This document shows, piece by piece, positions 12,241-25,712 of a DNA stretch of 64,000 nt (its first letter is position 1; each line of letters opens with the position of its first letter). Position numbers and translations under genes: made by a program. The notes below the pieces were generated by a model. That model had not been told where the DNA came from. It did not search any database and saw only the letters and a program-made list of their open reading frames with translations. The stretch comes from Octopus vulgaris (lineage: Eukaryota), in assembly GCA_951406725.2 (NCBI GenBank), contig OX597815.1:154566001-154630000 (forward strand), written 5' to 3'.

Positions 12241-14199
12241 AGAAGACACACATGCCTACTAATACGAACAGGCGAACACACATATGAGTATGAAAAGCTA
12301 CATTATACAAACCTACATAGCTAAAATGAAGTGAAGTCTTTCGTTCATGCTTCTACAAAATGTTCAAGAGAAACTTAGAGGTATGTTCAATGTGAATTAG
12401 GTGAACTAGGAGTACTCGGGACATTCTTTAATACCTATGGTTTGGGAAGATTCAAGAATGAAGATGCAATTTGTGTCTTTGTGGTTGTAGGTGAAGGGGG
12501 AACAATGGCATGATGTTAACCCATATAGAAATTAATTAGTGAAAGAATGATCCGAGTAGATCTAAATTTTCCAAATTATCCAGCTGTAGGGGTTACTTAT
12601 TTGATCGATATAGAAAGATAAAATCCGTGTGATATGAACTTAGCTCCAGTTATACAGTCGTAGAATGCTGCAATATATTTCCAGGTAGAGAGCAAACTTA
12701 ATTTGACCGCTTGAATTGCTTGAAATAGAAGCTAAATTGGCACTGGTTATAGTTGGAAAATGAAAGGTAACTTCGAATAACATTATTCTACATAACTCCA
12801 AAAGACACGTTGCTCATAGCTGCAATACCGTTTAACATATGTCCAGTGAATGAGGGCGACTATTTAGGGTTAAGTAACAAGCATAATCAATCATTTGTGT
12901 CATTTCTACTTCTCTGTTATATAAAATCCCCTTCATTATGTTCGCTCGTAAAACATGCTCTGTTCAAGTATTGACGAACATTTAATGTAACCTTCAACCT
13001 GACATTAGATTTCTCTCTGTGTGTGATCAAATCTCTTGGCATAAACTATAAGCAGTCTTGTCAATTTTAGAAAAATCGATTACATTTAGATCAATACCTG
13101 GCAAGCTAATAAGAGTTAATTATAAATAAAATGGCTGTCTGAAATATAGATGAAACTTTTCTAATTTAATAATTACTAACAGAGGTTATCAGCTATTTCA
13201 CCCTCAAAGACTCGTAAATAGTCGAACTCCTTCTTTTATAATTATAATTATAAGAATTTGAATAGGCAATTGAAAACCAAACGATTGCATGCTGTTGCTC
13301 ACTTACGATTTATATTTTCCCCTTCAGCTATTTCTCACGTATACCTTATAAATTGTCATTTCTGTAAACACTGCTATAATTATTAATGTAAGTGTTTTTG
13401 TCCATGAAAATGCCAATTATGCGCGGATCCACCTCAGTTAAAGTTAATTGCCTATCAACAATTATATAATCTGTTAGTGCTAAATATAGATATATATTTA
13501 AATAGTGATATTAACCTTACAGCGTTGAATTAATCTAATCTGTTCCAGATAAGAACAATTGATTCTAGTCTTAGAACACTCAACGAACCTTATGATATTA
13601 TTTCTACTGCTGATAACCAGTGGGATGTAAATTAATCAATAACTTAAAGAGAGGTTAAACAAGGTATTCGCAAATATTCCTTCTTCATCAATATTGTACA
13701 ATGTCCTGCTACACTTCATCTCACAATTACGTCAATTCCTCCTTTAGTGCTTTTTATACTCACCATTCTGAAGTTTTCTTCTGTCTAACTGTTCACATGT
13801 TCCATCGCAACAATTTTACAATTCAGTGGATTTTTGCCTATTGAAAGCAGTGATCTATAGGACGTCTCACATCCTACATGACGCTATGGTACTACCGAAA
13901 ATTATAGACAAATTCTTCAAAGAAATGTATACTCAAGAATGAGCACTTTCAGCTCCATTTCCCTATTCTTGATATATCTGGAAATTCTTATATATGTTGT
14001 ACACATTATTCTAGCTGTTGGCTATATTACAGTGTAGCGTAGGGGAAGTGGACAGGATGTTCGCTCGAGTGTTTTCATTCTTGCTACATTTCAATATACA
14101 TATATGTTATCTGAAAACAGACATGCCTTTTACTTTAAGCAAGTAACTTTTTTTTAGACAAGTTGTTGATTCCAATGGTGAATAGCTTTTAGAAATTAT

Positions 14200-14460
14200 C
14201 CATTCTCGACCTACATTTCATTAAAAAATCTTAATAACCGATACTCACTGAATCTTCCAGATTATCACCTCATTGTTTCATAATGTCCAGTTTCGGTTAT
14301 TAGAGCACTGCTTTGTATGGAGAAACACGGAGTTAACAGGTTAGATTTTCATTCTTTTAACTGCCTCACATTCTTCCAGTTTGGCACTCCAAAAGGAATC
14401 ATCGACATAGAAAATTTATAACAGTGTCTAAATACGATAAACCTGAAGGAGTATGTGCTT
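14200..14460 (-). mobile_element. Possible BEL/Pao RT scrap
   Basis: Minus strand FYVDDSFWSAKLEEC.. followed by a ..CSNN segment; short and degenerate. Confidence 0.35.
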
Positions 14461-16246
14461 CCTACATTAGCCCAATATAGTGAAACTACGATACAATGCA
14501 CACATTTCGAATCGATTGCACGGCACAAAAGTCTATCGATTTACAGGTATTATTCTAATTACTAGACATGTGCTACTGCGAATTGAGATAGCGCCTGAAT
14601 ATGATAATGAAAACTTCAGCCGATGGGGCAGCCTCTGCTTATCGAAAGCAGAAGCATATCAAATCTTTTTTCAGGTCTTACTATTTCTGAGGTGTACTAG
14701 AAAAAAGTATAGAAGCTATCGTTTAGATATCTCTTTCGAATCGCAAAGCCTGAGATAAAATCTAAATGATTAATAATTTGTTCGCATTTGCATAACTGTT
14801 AGTAACAGAGTCTGTCATACAGGCAACAACCTACATACGTTTAAACTAAAAACCATCCACATCGAGCTCATCATTTTCAGAGTGATTTCCCCAAACTATT
14901 GACTACCACTTCTCAGACAAGGTAACAAATTAGCATTGCGTGTTTTATAAGAGGTGTTTATGCCCTAAAGGCATATGCATTGCTTTTATTTGGAATATAA
15001 CTTCTGAGTATGCTGGGTACTATTGCTTATGCCTTCGTGGCATAATCAAGACAGGCCTTCGTCAAGCCAATTCTAAATAATGTATATTATAGTATGTATA
15101 TTTCTTCACAGGTTAAAGTTTTAACTGCACCGTGTGTTAAACAAATGAACCGCAAAAAGAAGACACAAAACACCCAAGCAATTCATTTAATTATATGATA
15201 AAACATGTTCGTAATTAAGATCTATCACGATTTGGTGAATTCGTAGACACAATTGCAATTCATAAAACATCTTCTTGTCTTATTTCCGAGAGGAATGTCT
15301 TAATGCGACACTTATTAGATTGTATTGCATAGACCACATAGCACAGCTGCAATTATCATTCCGGAGAAACATTTGTAATATTACGCGGAAATTATACCCA
15401 CATTTCTGTATTATCATATGATATGATATGAAAGTAACCAGTTCCTTTTGTTTGATGCATACTCACAATTACTGCTTGTTTTAAAAACAAACTAAAAGTA
15501 ATAAAAAGTATCTTACTGGATATCCTTTCAAGATGAATTGATATTTTATTTGTTGCTACGACTATGCCCATTTTACTTTTTCGAATGTTGTGGCTAGCAA
15601 ATTTAGGATCTAAGAATTTCTAAACCTTCCAGAGAACGTTGAATAATCTTTTCCTTTTGGAAATCGGTTCTTAGGGAATATATATAGCTATAAATAACAG
15701 CATGTAAGAATTGGGCTGAAATATCCTCGTTCATAGAAACTGCCGAAAGCTGTCTTCGACTGTGTCTATGTGTATGTGTGTGTATGTGTATGTGTGTGTG
15801 TGTGTGTGTGTGTGTATGAGTGTGTGTGTGTATATGTGTGTGTGTATGTGTGTGGGTGTGGGTGTTATTGTGGCGTACAGAAATTGAATACTGAGAAAAA
15901 AGTCGATAGAATTTAGAAAAAAAATTCCTTTTATTTGCTTCATTATTATCATACCGCTTTCGTTCGTTTCTCGAACTTGTCAAACAGATGTTTTATCAAA
16001 CAGTTGTTTGGTGGGTGTTTCTTTTCTTTTTCTTTTTTTCTCTTGTCTTCTATTCTCCTCTTTTCTCCTTTTCTTCTCTTTCGTTCTTTTTCACCTCTTT
16101 GAGTTATACTTAGAATACAATATGTACTGTCTCCCATTTTCTTTCAAACATTCAAGTTTGGAGATAGCTTTTTGATGAAATGTAGTTCTACATGAAAAAA
16201 TACTAGTATAATATTTACAAATTAAAAATTTTAAATAAATAAATTA

Positions 16247-16380
<134 letters not shown>

Positions 16381-16399
16381 TATATGTCCTTGTGAGGGT

Positions 16400-17750
16400 T
16401 TTTAAAGATATTTTGATTGACGTCTACTATTCCGTAAAGTGTTTTTTAAATCAGATTTTACACTTAGGCGCTTTGTAGGAGTATAATTAAGTTCGGTTTT
16501 ATGGCGTGAAAAATGTTGGTTATTCCAGCACTGTATGGTTAACAAACGGAATCGTGTTTTCATTAACTTTTTCCTTGGGTGTCCATAGATGGGTGATTTC
16601 AGTTTCATCGCCGTTTTAATTTCCTCATTAATTAATCCTAAGGGGTATTTCTGCATAGGAAAAAGACCTTTGAGTTCGTTGAGACGTATTTTGGGGGTCA
16701 CTAATAGCACACATGCGTCTTTCCAGGCTGCATGGGATGATTCTTTTGATGTGTGATGAGTAGAAATTTAAATACTGGTGTGTGTCACTTATTTTGTAAA
16801 ATATATCTGTTGTGACTGTGTAGCTCTGTATTTTTAGGTGGATATCCAGGAAAGGTAATTCATTGCAACTAGATTCTGTCGTGAATTTGATGGGTGAAAT
16901 GTGTTCAGTATATTGATAAATATACTTAGATCTTCATTCTATCTCTCTCAAAAAATGAAGCAATCATCAAGGAAGCGTTTCCACTTTTTTCCATAAATGT
17001 TTTAATTTTCCTTGACTTTTGACTGTACATTCACATCCACTGGGCTGCTGAACTTTATAACAGTGTAAGACTTTTGTTCTGTATCCCACAGAACAATATC
17101 AGATCTGTTATGTTTCCAACGAATTGATGATTTTATTGGGATGTTTCACCAGTATTCTTTGTTTTTAAAGGTGTGAGTACTTGTTGGTGTTGGTATGCCT
17201 TTGATGTATTAGTCAGGACAGTCTTTCCTGTGGATAGCATTTTAGATAGATTTTTACGACAATATCATGCCTTAAGGAGGGGTGATAACTCGAAGACATT
17301 TTAGGGCAGTTGTTGATGATTTGGGTGATATCTTTTCGCACTGGTATAGCAGAGCCAACATTATTATCACAATATGGAGATCTGGTGGTATCTGTGTTCC
17401 TCTTGTTGATTTGGCAGTTATCTCCTGTTCCAGGATAGTGAAGGCATATCCTTATAGTAAGGATGTAATGTATCTATCACAGATCCAGGAGAGGCTACTC
17501 TACATGTAAATTCTATTATTGCCCTCTAGCTTACGGGATATGTACTCATGTACTGTGTTTTGTTGGTATGATGTCTGCTTCTTCCCCAAACTTCTGTTTA
17601 GGTAGGTGAATCCAACTTTGTTTGTGTCACATGACAGAGTTGTATTCTCTGAATAGTTGCACAGTAGATTTTCTCCAACTCTGAAGATGCTGCTCTCACT
17701 TTTGAGTGTGCATAGAATATATTCCTTTTTTTACTGCCCAGCAGGTGTTG
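16400..17750 (-). mobile_element. Decayed Penelope-like element RT/thumb
   Basis: Minus strand WKRFLDDCFIF, FLDIHL..TDIFYK..DTHQYLNF, KYPLGLINEEI; same family as 27305-28260. Confidence 0.75.
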
Positions 17751-17808
17751 CTTCAGTGATACAATACGACTGAGCCTCTACCGCCATACTATCCGTGTCA
17801 CAGTTAAT

Positions 17809-18125
17809 GTGGACATGATATTTGGAGTGGTCAGTAGTGATGGCGACGTTATGCCTCCATTCATCTTCTCACACGGCCTCAGATTCAACACGGAGGCCTA
17901 CATCAAGTGCTTGGAAGTGATAGTGCTGCCCTGGTTCCAGAGAGTGGCTGCTGGAAGACCCTGTGTCTGGCAACAGGACTCTGCACCGTGTCACACAAGC
18001 AGAAGAACACAGTCATGGATGTCAGGCAATTTCCGCAACCACATCACCCCTAACATCTGGTCATTTAACTCCTCTGACAGCAACCCCCTTTATTATTGTG
18101 TGTGGGCCGAAATTGAGCGAGAGAA
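17809..18125 (+). mobile_element. Tc1/mariner-superfamily (maT/DD37D-like) transposase fragment
   Basis: FGVVSSDGDVMPPFIF..NTEAYIKCLE..WQQDSAPCHTSRRTQSW..W..NSSDSNPLYYCVW. Confidence 0.8.
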
Positions 18126-19727
18126 CGCTGCTGCGCGTAAGTAGATTTGTCAGTCAGGTCCGACGACCCCCACCAGACAGTTCGATCGGTGGTAGCGACG
18201 AGTGGTGTGTACAAGAGGCAGAGACATGATCATCGACATGAGCTGATGACCCGCATCTACCGGTAATTACTCGTTCATGACGTTGTTTCCAGTCCCCGGT
18301 ACCTATCACAGGCCGCGGTTTAGAGGTTTTCCGGCCTCATAATATTTATAAAGTAGTATGTTGTGAGGTTTATGGTTTTCCTGGCGGCATTGTCGAGAAA
18401 ACTGAAACAAAACGAATAGAATCATGAATTGTAGTCTCATTTCTGACTCGGCTTGCCGTATTTTTAATTCTCGTTATCTCATTCAATAATAAATAAAGTA
18501 CTGATGTCTTTTATAATTAATGTTTTATCAGAATATGCAATTTGTTTTAACTTATTTAGAAAGATATCACATCTTGCATTAATTAAAAAAAGAAACTAAA
18601 TGATTATTTCATTGTAATGTTTCTCCGTTTAAATGAAGCAGGACAATTACTCCAATGAGCGTAAGAATAAATGGTGTTTAGTTCAAAATAGTTGCCTCTT
18701 AGACGCCACTCGACATTACATACGTCACGCTTTCTGGTCCTTCGTAGACAGATGATAAAGCTTGTTTTCATCAGTGGCCAAATCAATAATTGTAAAATAT
18801 GATATAGCTCACTTCACAATAATATATCTGAAATCTCAATATTAATGGAAAACAATGTATATCTTTTTAGGAAACCAGCATATAGTCTATTCAAATCATG
18901 AAAAAACGCTGTTCAATTGGCAAAGATTCAAAATATCGAACCCGATTTAACATCACTGAAATCTTAATATCTATTAGGATATATTTCTACCAAGCATCAG
19001 TGTACAGCTAAAAGCCAAAAACATAATTCTTCAGAACCTTCTGGCCGAATTACATCGATGCAATATCAAAGGGTACTGCAAACGAGGCGAGTAAAATGTG
19101 TGTATCTTAGCTAAATAATTGACAAACCGAAACAAAACGCTCAAATTCATGGAGAAGAGTGGTTAGCAAATCGGGAATAACTTCAACGAGAGTCATATTA
19201 GATCGATATGACAATTTACTAGTTTACATCATGATATTTTTATACGACAATCGCATCCTGAGATATAGAGGGATAAATTTATATATTACAATATAACGCT
19301 TGTTGATGTATCCATCGATAACACTACAATATCGATACATTCTGTGAGCATTAAAAATAATTGACGAGATAGTGACACATGATAATGCTACCGAAAAACT
19401 ACCTCGCATTTTGCTGTTCTAAATTTTTATTGATATGGAAGTTTATATATTTACATATAAGCACACTTTGGTCGGAAAATAAATGGTTTCAGATTCCATC
19501 CAGCTACCTAGGTACATAATATCTTGAGCAAAGACGTATTCTATAGCTGCAAGCTGACCAATGCCTTGTGACTGAAACTGTCAGACGGAAATTGTGTGGG
19601 AGACTATTGATTGCGTGTTTGTCTCTCTCTCTCTCCACACACTCTCATAGGTAAACAGATAGACATGTAGACATACATACACATTTGTCGGTAATTGAGC
19701 CATCCTGCGTTCCTTTATTTTAAATAT

Positions 19728-19995
19728 CATCATCATCATCATCATCGTTTAACGACCGTTTTCTATGCTAGCATGGGTTGGACGGTTCGACCGGGGTCTG
19801 GGAAGCCAGGAGGCTGCACCAAGCTCCAGTCTGATCTGGCAGTGTTTCTACAGCTGGATGCCCTTCGTAACACCAACCACTCCTTGAGTGTAGTAGTTGC
19901 TTTTTACGTGCCACCGGCACAGGGGCCGGGAGAGGCTGGCAACGATCACGATCGGTTGGTGCGTTTTTCGTGCCACCGGCACGGAAGCCAGTTCA
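19728..19995 (-). mobile_element. SINE with RTE-like 3' end and (GAT)n tail
   Basis: (cat)n-cgtttaacg..gcatgggttggacgg..ctggatgccctt; a related tail at 38650-38700. Confidence 0.6.
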
Positions 19996-20664
19996 GGTGA
20001 CAAGGTGGTGCTGGCATAAGTATATATATATATATATTTGTGTGTGGTAGCGTGTGTATGTGTGTATAATATACAATATGAGGAAAGGACATGGGTAGGA
20101 CTTGGTAATCCTTTATTTCAACTCTTCGATACGTTTCTGTCGTGAATTTCTGTCGTGACAGAATAATGTGACAACACATGACGTCACATTATGAATGGAA
20201 CCAAAAGATGCCAAAAAAAAGAGAGAGAGAGACGTGGGGCACAAGATGGTTGAAACGGTTGCAACAAATGTTATCGCAACATGCACACCAGCATGCATGT
20301 TGCGACCACCTTTGTTATGATCATCTCTACAACACGAGACATCATCACAGACATTGTTTATTGAAGGTTTTTGTTCTAATTGTTAATGGTTACTCTGCAT
20401 AGTTAGGTCTAATATGGCTAAAAAAACCCAACTCTATCACCATGAATATATCTTGTATCACTATATCTTTATTTACTCTTTATTATTATTATTGGTATTA
20501 TCCTCATAGTTATTGTTTATCATATGCCTGTTGTTACTACCCGTTTATTGTTGCTCTGATGGGTACGCCCTACTGAAGACACACTTCTCTGTTAGATCTG
20601 CTCATCTTTATTGTTACCCAGCTTACCATCACTACTTTTTCTTTCTTATTATAACAATTATTGT

Positions 20665-20765
20665 GCAAGATGGCGATCTGTCAGAATCGTTACTAAGCCG
20701 GGCAGAATGCTTAGCGGCATTTCATCCATTTTTATGTTTTGAATTCAAATTCCGCCGAGGTCAAC
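20665..20765 (+). mobile_element. Truncated SINE family C head
   Basis: Matches 46624-46836 up to ttccgccgaggtcaact, then joins the LINE directly. Confidence 0.65.
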
Positions 20766-22870
20766 TATTTTCGTATTTTTCTGTCAAGATTACATATTTC
20801 AGCAATTGACCAGTTAACGATATTGAAACTGTAAGTCACGACTGGTATGGCTAATGCATTGATCGCTTCGATCCTGTTTCTCGCATTCAGCTCTGTCTTG
20901 AGTATTGCTCTTACTCTGCGATAACATTCTCTCCTGATCCTTTCCTTCATCTCTGAATGCCTTATTCCGTCTCCTTCAATTACCCCTAGATACTTGTAGT
21001 TCTCCGCTGGGTCTAATTCTTTTATGACATTCTGCTGGTCAAGGTTAACGTTAGATGTTTCTGTCATTTTTCCTTTGATAAAGGTAGCTTTTGCACACTT
21101 ATCGAGGCCAAATTGCATTCTGATGTCATCACTGAATTGTTTGACAATCGCTAGTAAGCCCTTGAGTTGTTGGTCATTTTTTGCAAAGAGCTTTAAATCA
21201 TCCATGTAAATGAGATGATTTATATTTTTATCAGACATTTTATATCCGTACTGCGCGTCATTGAGCAGTTTTGAGAGAGGTATTAAGGCTAAACAGAAGA
21301 GGAGTGGTGATAGTGAGTCACTCTGGAAAATGCCACATGGAACTTTTACATCACCAGCATTTAGAGATTCATTGTCACTGTTCAAAGTTAGTGTGGTTCT
21401 CCATGATCTCATACTTACAGACAGAAAGTTTCGCAGAGTAGGTGGTATCTTATACATTTCTAGGCATTTCTTAATCCAGCTATATGGTAGGCTATCAAAT
21501 GCCTTTTTATAGTCTATCCAGGCTATTGATAAGTTTTTGGGTCGTTTGTGACAATCTTGTAAGATCATCTTATTGATGAGTAGTTGATCTTTACAACCGT
21601 AGGATCCACATTTACATCCTTTCTGTTCATTAGGGAATATGCTGCTGTCTGTCAAAAAACTATAGGTATATTCCGTCTGGACAGATGTTAGTGTTTTATA
21701 CATAGTTGTTAAGCAGGTTATGGGTCTATAGTTTTTTGGTTCATTTGTTTCTTCACTTTTTGGAAGCAGGAATGTTAACCCATTTACTAGCCAAGGAGGC
21801 ATCCTACTAGGGTGTTGCAAAACATCATTGTAAAGTTCTGTTAGCAGTTCATGGCTCTCTGGGAAGGCATTCAACCAAAAGTTAGGGATTTTATCCTTTC
21901 CTGGAGACTTCCACTTGCTTGACCTCCTGAGAGCAGATCTTATATCTTCTACCTTGACACCCTCCCACTTTTGCTCTTCTAAGGAGTCCAGTTCTTTAGA
22001 TATTCTATCATTCCAGGGGGCCTTTTCGCTGTGTGATTTTTCTTCTTCCCAAAGTTTATTCCAAAATCCCTGCACTTCTTCTTTTGATGCTACAGACTTT
22101 ACAGTAACTGGTGTTTTTCCTATCTTCCTGTAAAAATTTTTGGGGTTATTTTTGAACATGTTGTTGTCCCTGAAGAATCTAACATGCTTTTCATACCTCG
22201 CTATGCGGGCAGCTTTAGCAGATACCTTTTGCTTGATGGTTTCTATGGTGGCATCAATATCAAGTATAGTTTTCATATTATATTTTTTCATTAGTTTTTG
22301 GGTTTTTGTAGGTTTGGTAGTCTTATGAACCTTAAGGTTTTTCAAATATTCAATGTCAGATCTAAATAGTTTAATTTGTTGTTGCAAACGCTCTTGCCAA
22401 GAAGGCTTTTTGTGGAAATGTTGCCGTTTTCTAATCTTTTCACCACATAGGATCGTTGAGATTTTCGCGGATGCATAGTATAGGTGGTTGAGATCTGTGA
22501 TATCAACATCATTAGCTGAAATTATATCCTTAAGTGCAAGCCGGGTTTTACCAATTATTTTCATGTTTTGGTTAGAGTTGCGGATTTTAGGTAGTGTATC
22601 ACGTTCATCCATACTGGTTTCTTTAATTTTCAGCCATTCAATCATGATTTGACTTTTTAGCTCATGTAGTTCTGTCGGGTCAACATTTGTGTGACTTTCT
22701 TCATCTATTTGATGTTCATCTGTCTTAGTGTTTATATTTGGTTCAGGGAGTATTTCACTTTGCCTATCACTTATACCAACTCTTTCAATCCTTACTTCGT
22801 TTTTATCAGCTCTGGGCTGGTCTATAATTATTTCCTCTGTATTATCTTCTTTAGCTGCAGCTTCGTTCAT
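20765..22870 (-). CDS. Non-LTR retrotransposon reverse transcriptase (R4/Dong clade), 701-aa open frame lacking the C-terminal endonuclease
   Basis: KSPGKDKIPNFWL, NYRPITCLTTMYK, EQKGC, IDYKKAFDS, GIFQSDSLSPLLF, YMDDLKLF, FGLDKC, YKYLG. Confidence 0.9.
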   Translation of the reverse strand: MNEAAAKEDNTEEIIIDQPRADKNEVRIERVGISDRQSEILPEPNINTKTDEHQIDEESHTNVDPTELHELKSQIMIEWLKIKETSMDERDTLPKIRNSNQNMKIIGKTRLALKDIISANDVDITDLNHLYYASAKISTILCGEKIRKRQHFHKKPSWQERLQQQIKLFRSDIEYLKNLKVHKTTKPTKTQKLMKKYNMKTILDIDATIETIKQKVSAKAARIARYEKHVRFFRDNNMFKNNPKNFYRKIGKTPVTVKSVASKEEVQGFWNKLWEEEKSHSEKAPWNDRISKELDSLEEQKWEGVKVEDIRSALRRSSKWKSPGKDKIPNFWLNAFPESHELLTELYNDVLQHPSRMPPWLVNGLTFLLPKSEETNEPKNYRPITCLTTMYKTLTSVQTEYTYSFLTDSSIFPNEQKGCKCGSYGCKDQLLINKMILQDCHKRPKNLSIAWIDYKKAFDSLPYSWIKKCLEMYKIPPTLRNFLSVSMRSWRTTLTLNSDNESLNAGDVKVPCGIFQSDSLSPLLFCLALIPLSKLLNDAQYGYKMSDKNINHLIYMDDLKLFAKNDQQLKGLLAIVKQFSDDIRMQFGLDKCAKATFIKGKMTETSNVNLDQQNVIKELDPAENYKYLGVIEGDGIRHSEMKERIRRECYRRVRAILKTELNARNRIEAINALAIPVVTYSFNIVNWSIAEICNLDRKIRK

Positions 22871-23430
22871 TCTATCCGTTACTGCTTGTCTAACTTGATC
22901 AATCTCTACTTCAGTCAGTAAATTTTTTTATAATGTTTCTTCTGACGTTGGCAAGTTTGTTACTGTCTATGTAGGGTCTTACTTCAGGGTGTTTCTGTCT
23001 CCACTTTATGTAGGTTTGTATAGTGTTCGATTAATCTGTGGGGAAATATATGGCATGGTAGAAGGCCGCAAGAACTTCTTTATTATCTTCCCTAGTCCAT
23101 TTTTCCTTTATTTCTTTTGAGTGTTTGGTGACGAGCATGGATGGCCATCTGTTGGAATATTCCAGTTGCGGGGTACGTCCAGCTCTTGTGTGGTTCAATT
23201 TTCGGTTACGTGGTCTTTTGTAGTCCGCTCGCCGACCATCGCTGATTGTAGGTTGTTTTGTTGACATTGAAGCATGACGAGCTTCGACTCTTACATTAAG
23301 AGACGGATCTGTCAGTTTAGGATTCTCTGCACGTAAACATTGTTCGTAGCGAAGCTTCTTAAGGCTAGCAGATCTGTATTCGTCTGTATTTTTTTGTTGA
23401 TAGTTTTATCTCCGGGCATAGTTTTCCCTT
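20765..23430 (-). mobile_element. R4/Dong-clade LINE, 5' two-thirds (N-terminal Myb-like region and complete RT domain), 3'-truncated
   Basis: N-terminal ORF 23031-23267 (KWTREDNKEVLAAFY) continues past one stop and a frameshift into the 701-aa RT ORF. Confidence 0.9.
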
Positions 23431-24346
23431 TTTTTTTTTTTAAACTTATGAAAGGTTCACTCTGCCTGTATTAGTTCGAAAAAATGAGAATGAAATACGA
23501 GAAAAAAAAAAATTATCATCACTATCATCACCGTCATCATCATCATCAATGATATTGTTTTATGTGTAGTCACAGCGGTAGCTTATTATTATTATTATTA
23601 TTCTTATCACTATCACCATCGCCACAGTAAAATAGATTCAGCAGATGGTGGACAAAGGACATTTTGGGTCAGGGAAAGGTCAAACTTGTTTACTAGTACC
23701 AGCGTTATCTTGAAAAGCAATCCAGCTATATATATATACCCATACACATATGTATATGTATATGTATATTCACACACGCATATTTTCTGATATTCACGTC
23801 GATGATTTTTTAAAGTTTCTGAGTTCAATTGTGTTGTTGCAATAAAAGTTTACGTGTTTACGTGTTTGGGTAATATATTAAAGTTTTTAAGTATTCTTGA
23901 GATGTCCATTTGGAAAATACAATAAGATTTTTGCAAAGGGAAGAATGTTTACATTTTCGAATGCTCAGAAAAGAAAATGTTTAGAAATTTTTCTTTTCTT
24001 TTTAAAAGTTATGCTGTGGTTCACAGTTTTTGTAGTTGTGCAGTGTATATATATTGGCAGGCGCTTACTTCCATAGTTTTTTATCGTGCATTTAATTGTG
24101 TTGTTACAATAAAAAGCAAAGAAGGGATGACAGACTGTTCACACAAAATTGGAGATATTTATGATTCTAAATTCTTTGTTAGGTGTTCGCTTGTATGTGC
24201 AAAGCTGTAGATATGTAAGTTCCTTAACTTATTTTGAGGGAAATTGAAATTACTCACAGAAAACAGTAGATCTTCCAGTTTTTCCGTTGTCACGCTGGGT
24301 TGGTCAGAGCAGCGAAAAATACGTCCGGCTTCTATCACGTCCAGCC

Positions 24347-24431
24347 TTCTTCTTCTTCTTCTTCTTCTTCTTCTTCTTCTTCTTCTTCTTCTTCTTCTTC
24401 TTCTTCTTCTTCTTCTTCTTCTTCTTCTTCT

Positions 24432-24466
<35 letters not shown>

Positions 24467-24477
24467 TTCTCTTCTTC

Positions 24478-24511
<34 letters not shown>

Positions 24512-24525
24512 TATTATTATTATTA

Positions 24526-24561
<36 letters not shown>
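24347..24561. repeat. Compound (TTC)n-(TTA)n microsatellite
   Basis: Direct read. Confidence 0.95.
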
Positions 24562-24562
<1 letters not shown>

Positions 24563-25059
24563 GACATCAATTATTATTATGCTATCCATAACGATAAATG
24601 AAAAGTTGTCTAGACATGCATGCAAACATATCAGGGTGTGTGGCTGCATGTATACATCTGTGCCTGTTCATGTGTATATGAACATGTGTGTATATGTGAA
24701 TATATATATAAATATATATATGTGTGTATGTATTAGGGTTTTACTGTGTGTGTGCAAGTATGTATCTGTGTTTGTATGAACGTATGTATAGATATTTGTT
24801 GGCGTCTATATATGCGCTCGAGTAGGTTTGTGGGTATATACGTATGTGTGTGTGTATATTTACGCGTGCATGATATGTATATGTTTGCCTACGTGTTCTT
24901 GTGCGTATGTGTGTGCATGTGCGTGTGTTTGCGCGTTTGCATATGTGTATCTACGTCCGTACGTATGCATGGGTATATATACGTATGTGTACGTGTGTAT
25001 GTGATTATACACGTACATGTGTGTGTATGTGTGTTTGTGAGTGTGTATGTGGTTGAAAG

Positions 25060-25712
25060 CGCGTAGCATTTTTATAGAGAATCCATTTCTCATCACCAGT
25101 CACTATTCGGTTCACAAAATGTTTATTCGTGAGACGTGACAGCAAAGAAAAATACTCATTCACTCCCTGCGTCCGATTAGACTCGGCAAGTTTCTGAGGA
25201 AGCTATTGCCCAAATTGTTGACATTTTCGATGGCACGCATGTCGATGAATGGTTGAATGATCAAATCCAAGTTTCTCTGCAAGTTGGTCAACAGTTATGA
25301 TGGGATTTTGGTCCACTAGAGTTTGCATGACGTCCTCGTCGAGCTCTACAGATCTTCTTGGACGGGGCTCGTCTTCTAGGCTGTAGTTTCCGACTCGCAA
25401 TTTCTGGTACCATCGTCGACACTGGCTTACGCTATATACTGCATTGATATTCCTTGCACTTTCCGTTGTATAGTTACCGTTATTGAAATCATAAAGAAAA
25501 ATATGCCGAATAGGCACCTCTGTCATTTCCATCATTGCTTGAAAAGTAACTGTTAAAAATGGAACTGCACTCTTCATAACTTGCACTAAGAATAAAAACA
25601 AGGTAAAGTTACCTGCTTTTATAACAAGTTGATGCAAGCAGTTTGTCTCGTCCCTCTCCGACTTTCAGTTCATGTAATTGAAAAGTCCGCATAATTTATG
25701 AGATGATCCAAT
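25060..25712 (-). mobile_element. mariner (Mos1-like) transposon 5' half with one TIR
   Basis: TIR-like tattggatcatctcataaattatgcgg on minus; IRHIFLYDF..ARNINAVY..RWYQKLRVGNYSLEDEPRPRR..LAEKLG..STIHRH; RIVTGDEKWI near 25085-25110. Confidence 0.85.

Noticed and set aside
13600-14030. Faint RTE-like trace (GCET) on the minus strand; similar faint mariner-like (47050-47370) and PLE-like (29250-29810, 61400-62390) traces
   Set aside because: Too degenerate to support by eye; needs a profile search
20274-20305. 12-bp-arm hairpin tcgcaacatgca/tgcatgttgcga
   Set aside because: Isolated, with no context indicating function or an element boundary
24244-24779. Poly-L/F/S/E/I ORFs (also 26619-27013, 28263-28593, 58095-58481)
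   Set aside because: Trinucleotide microsatellites
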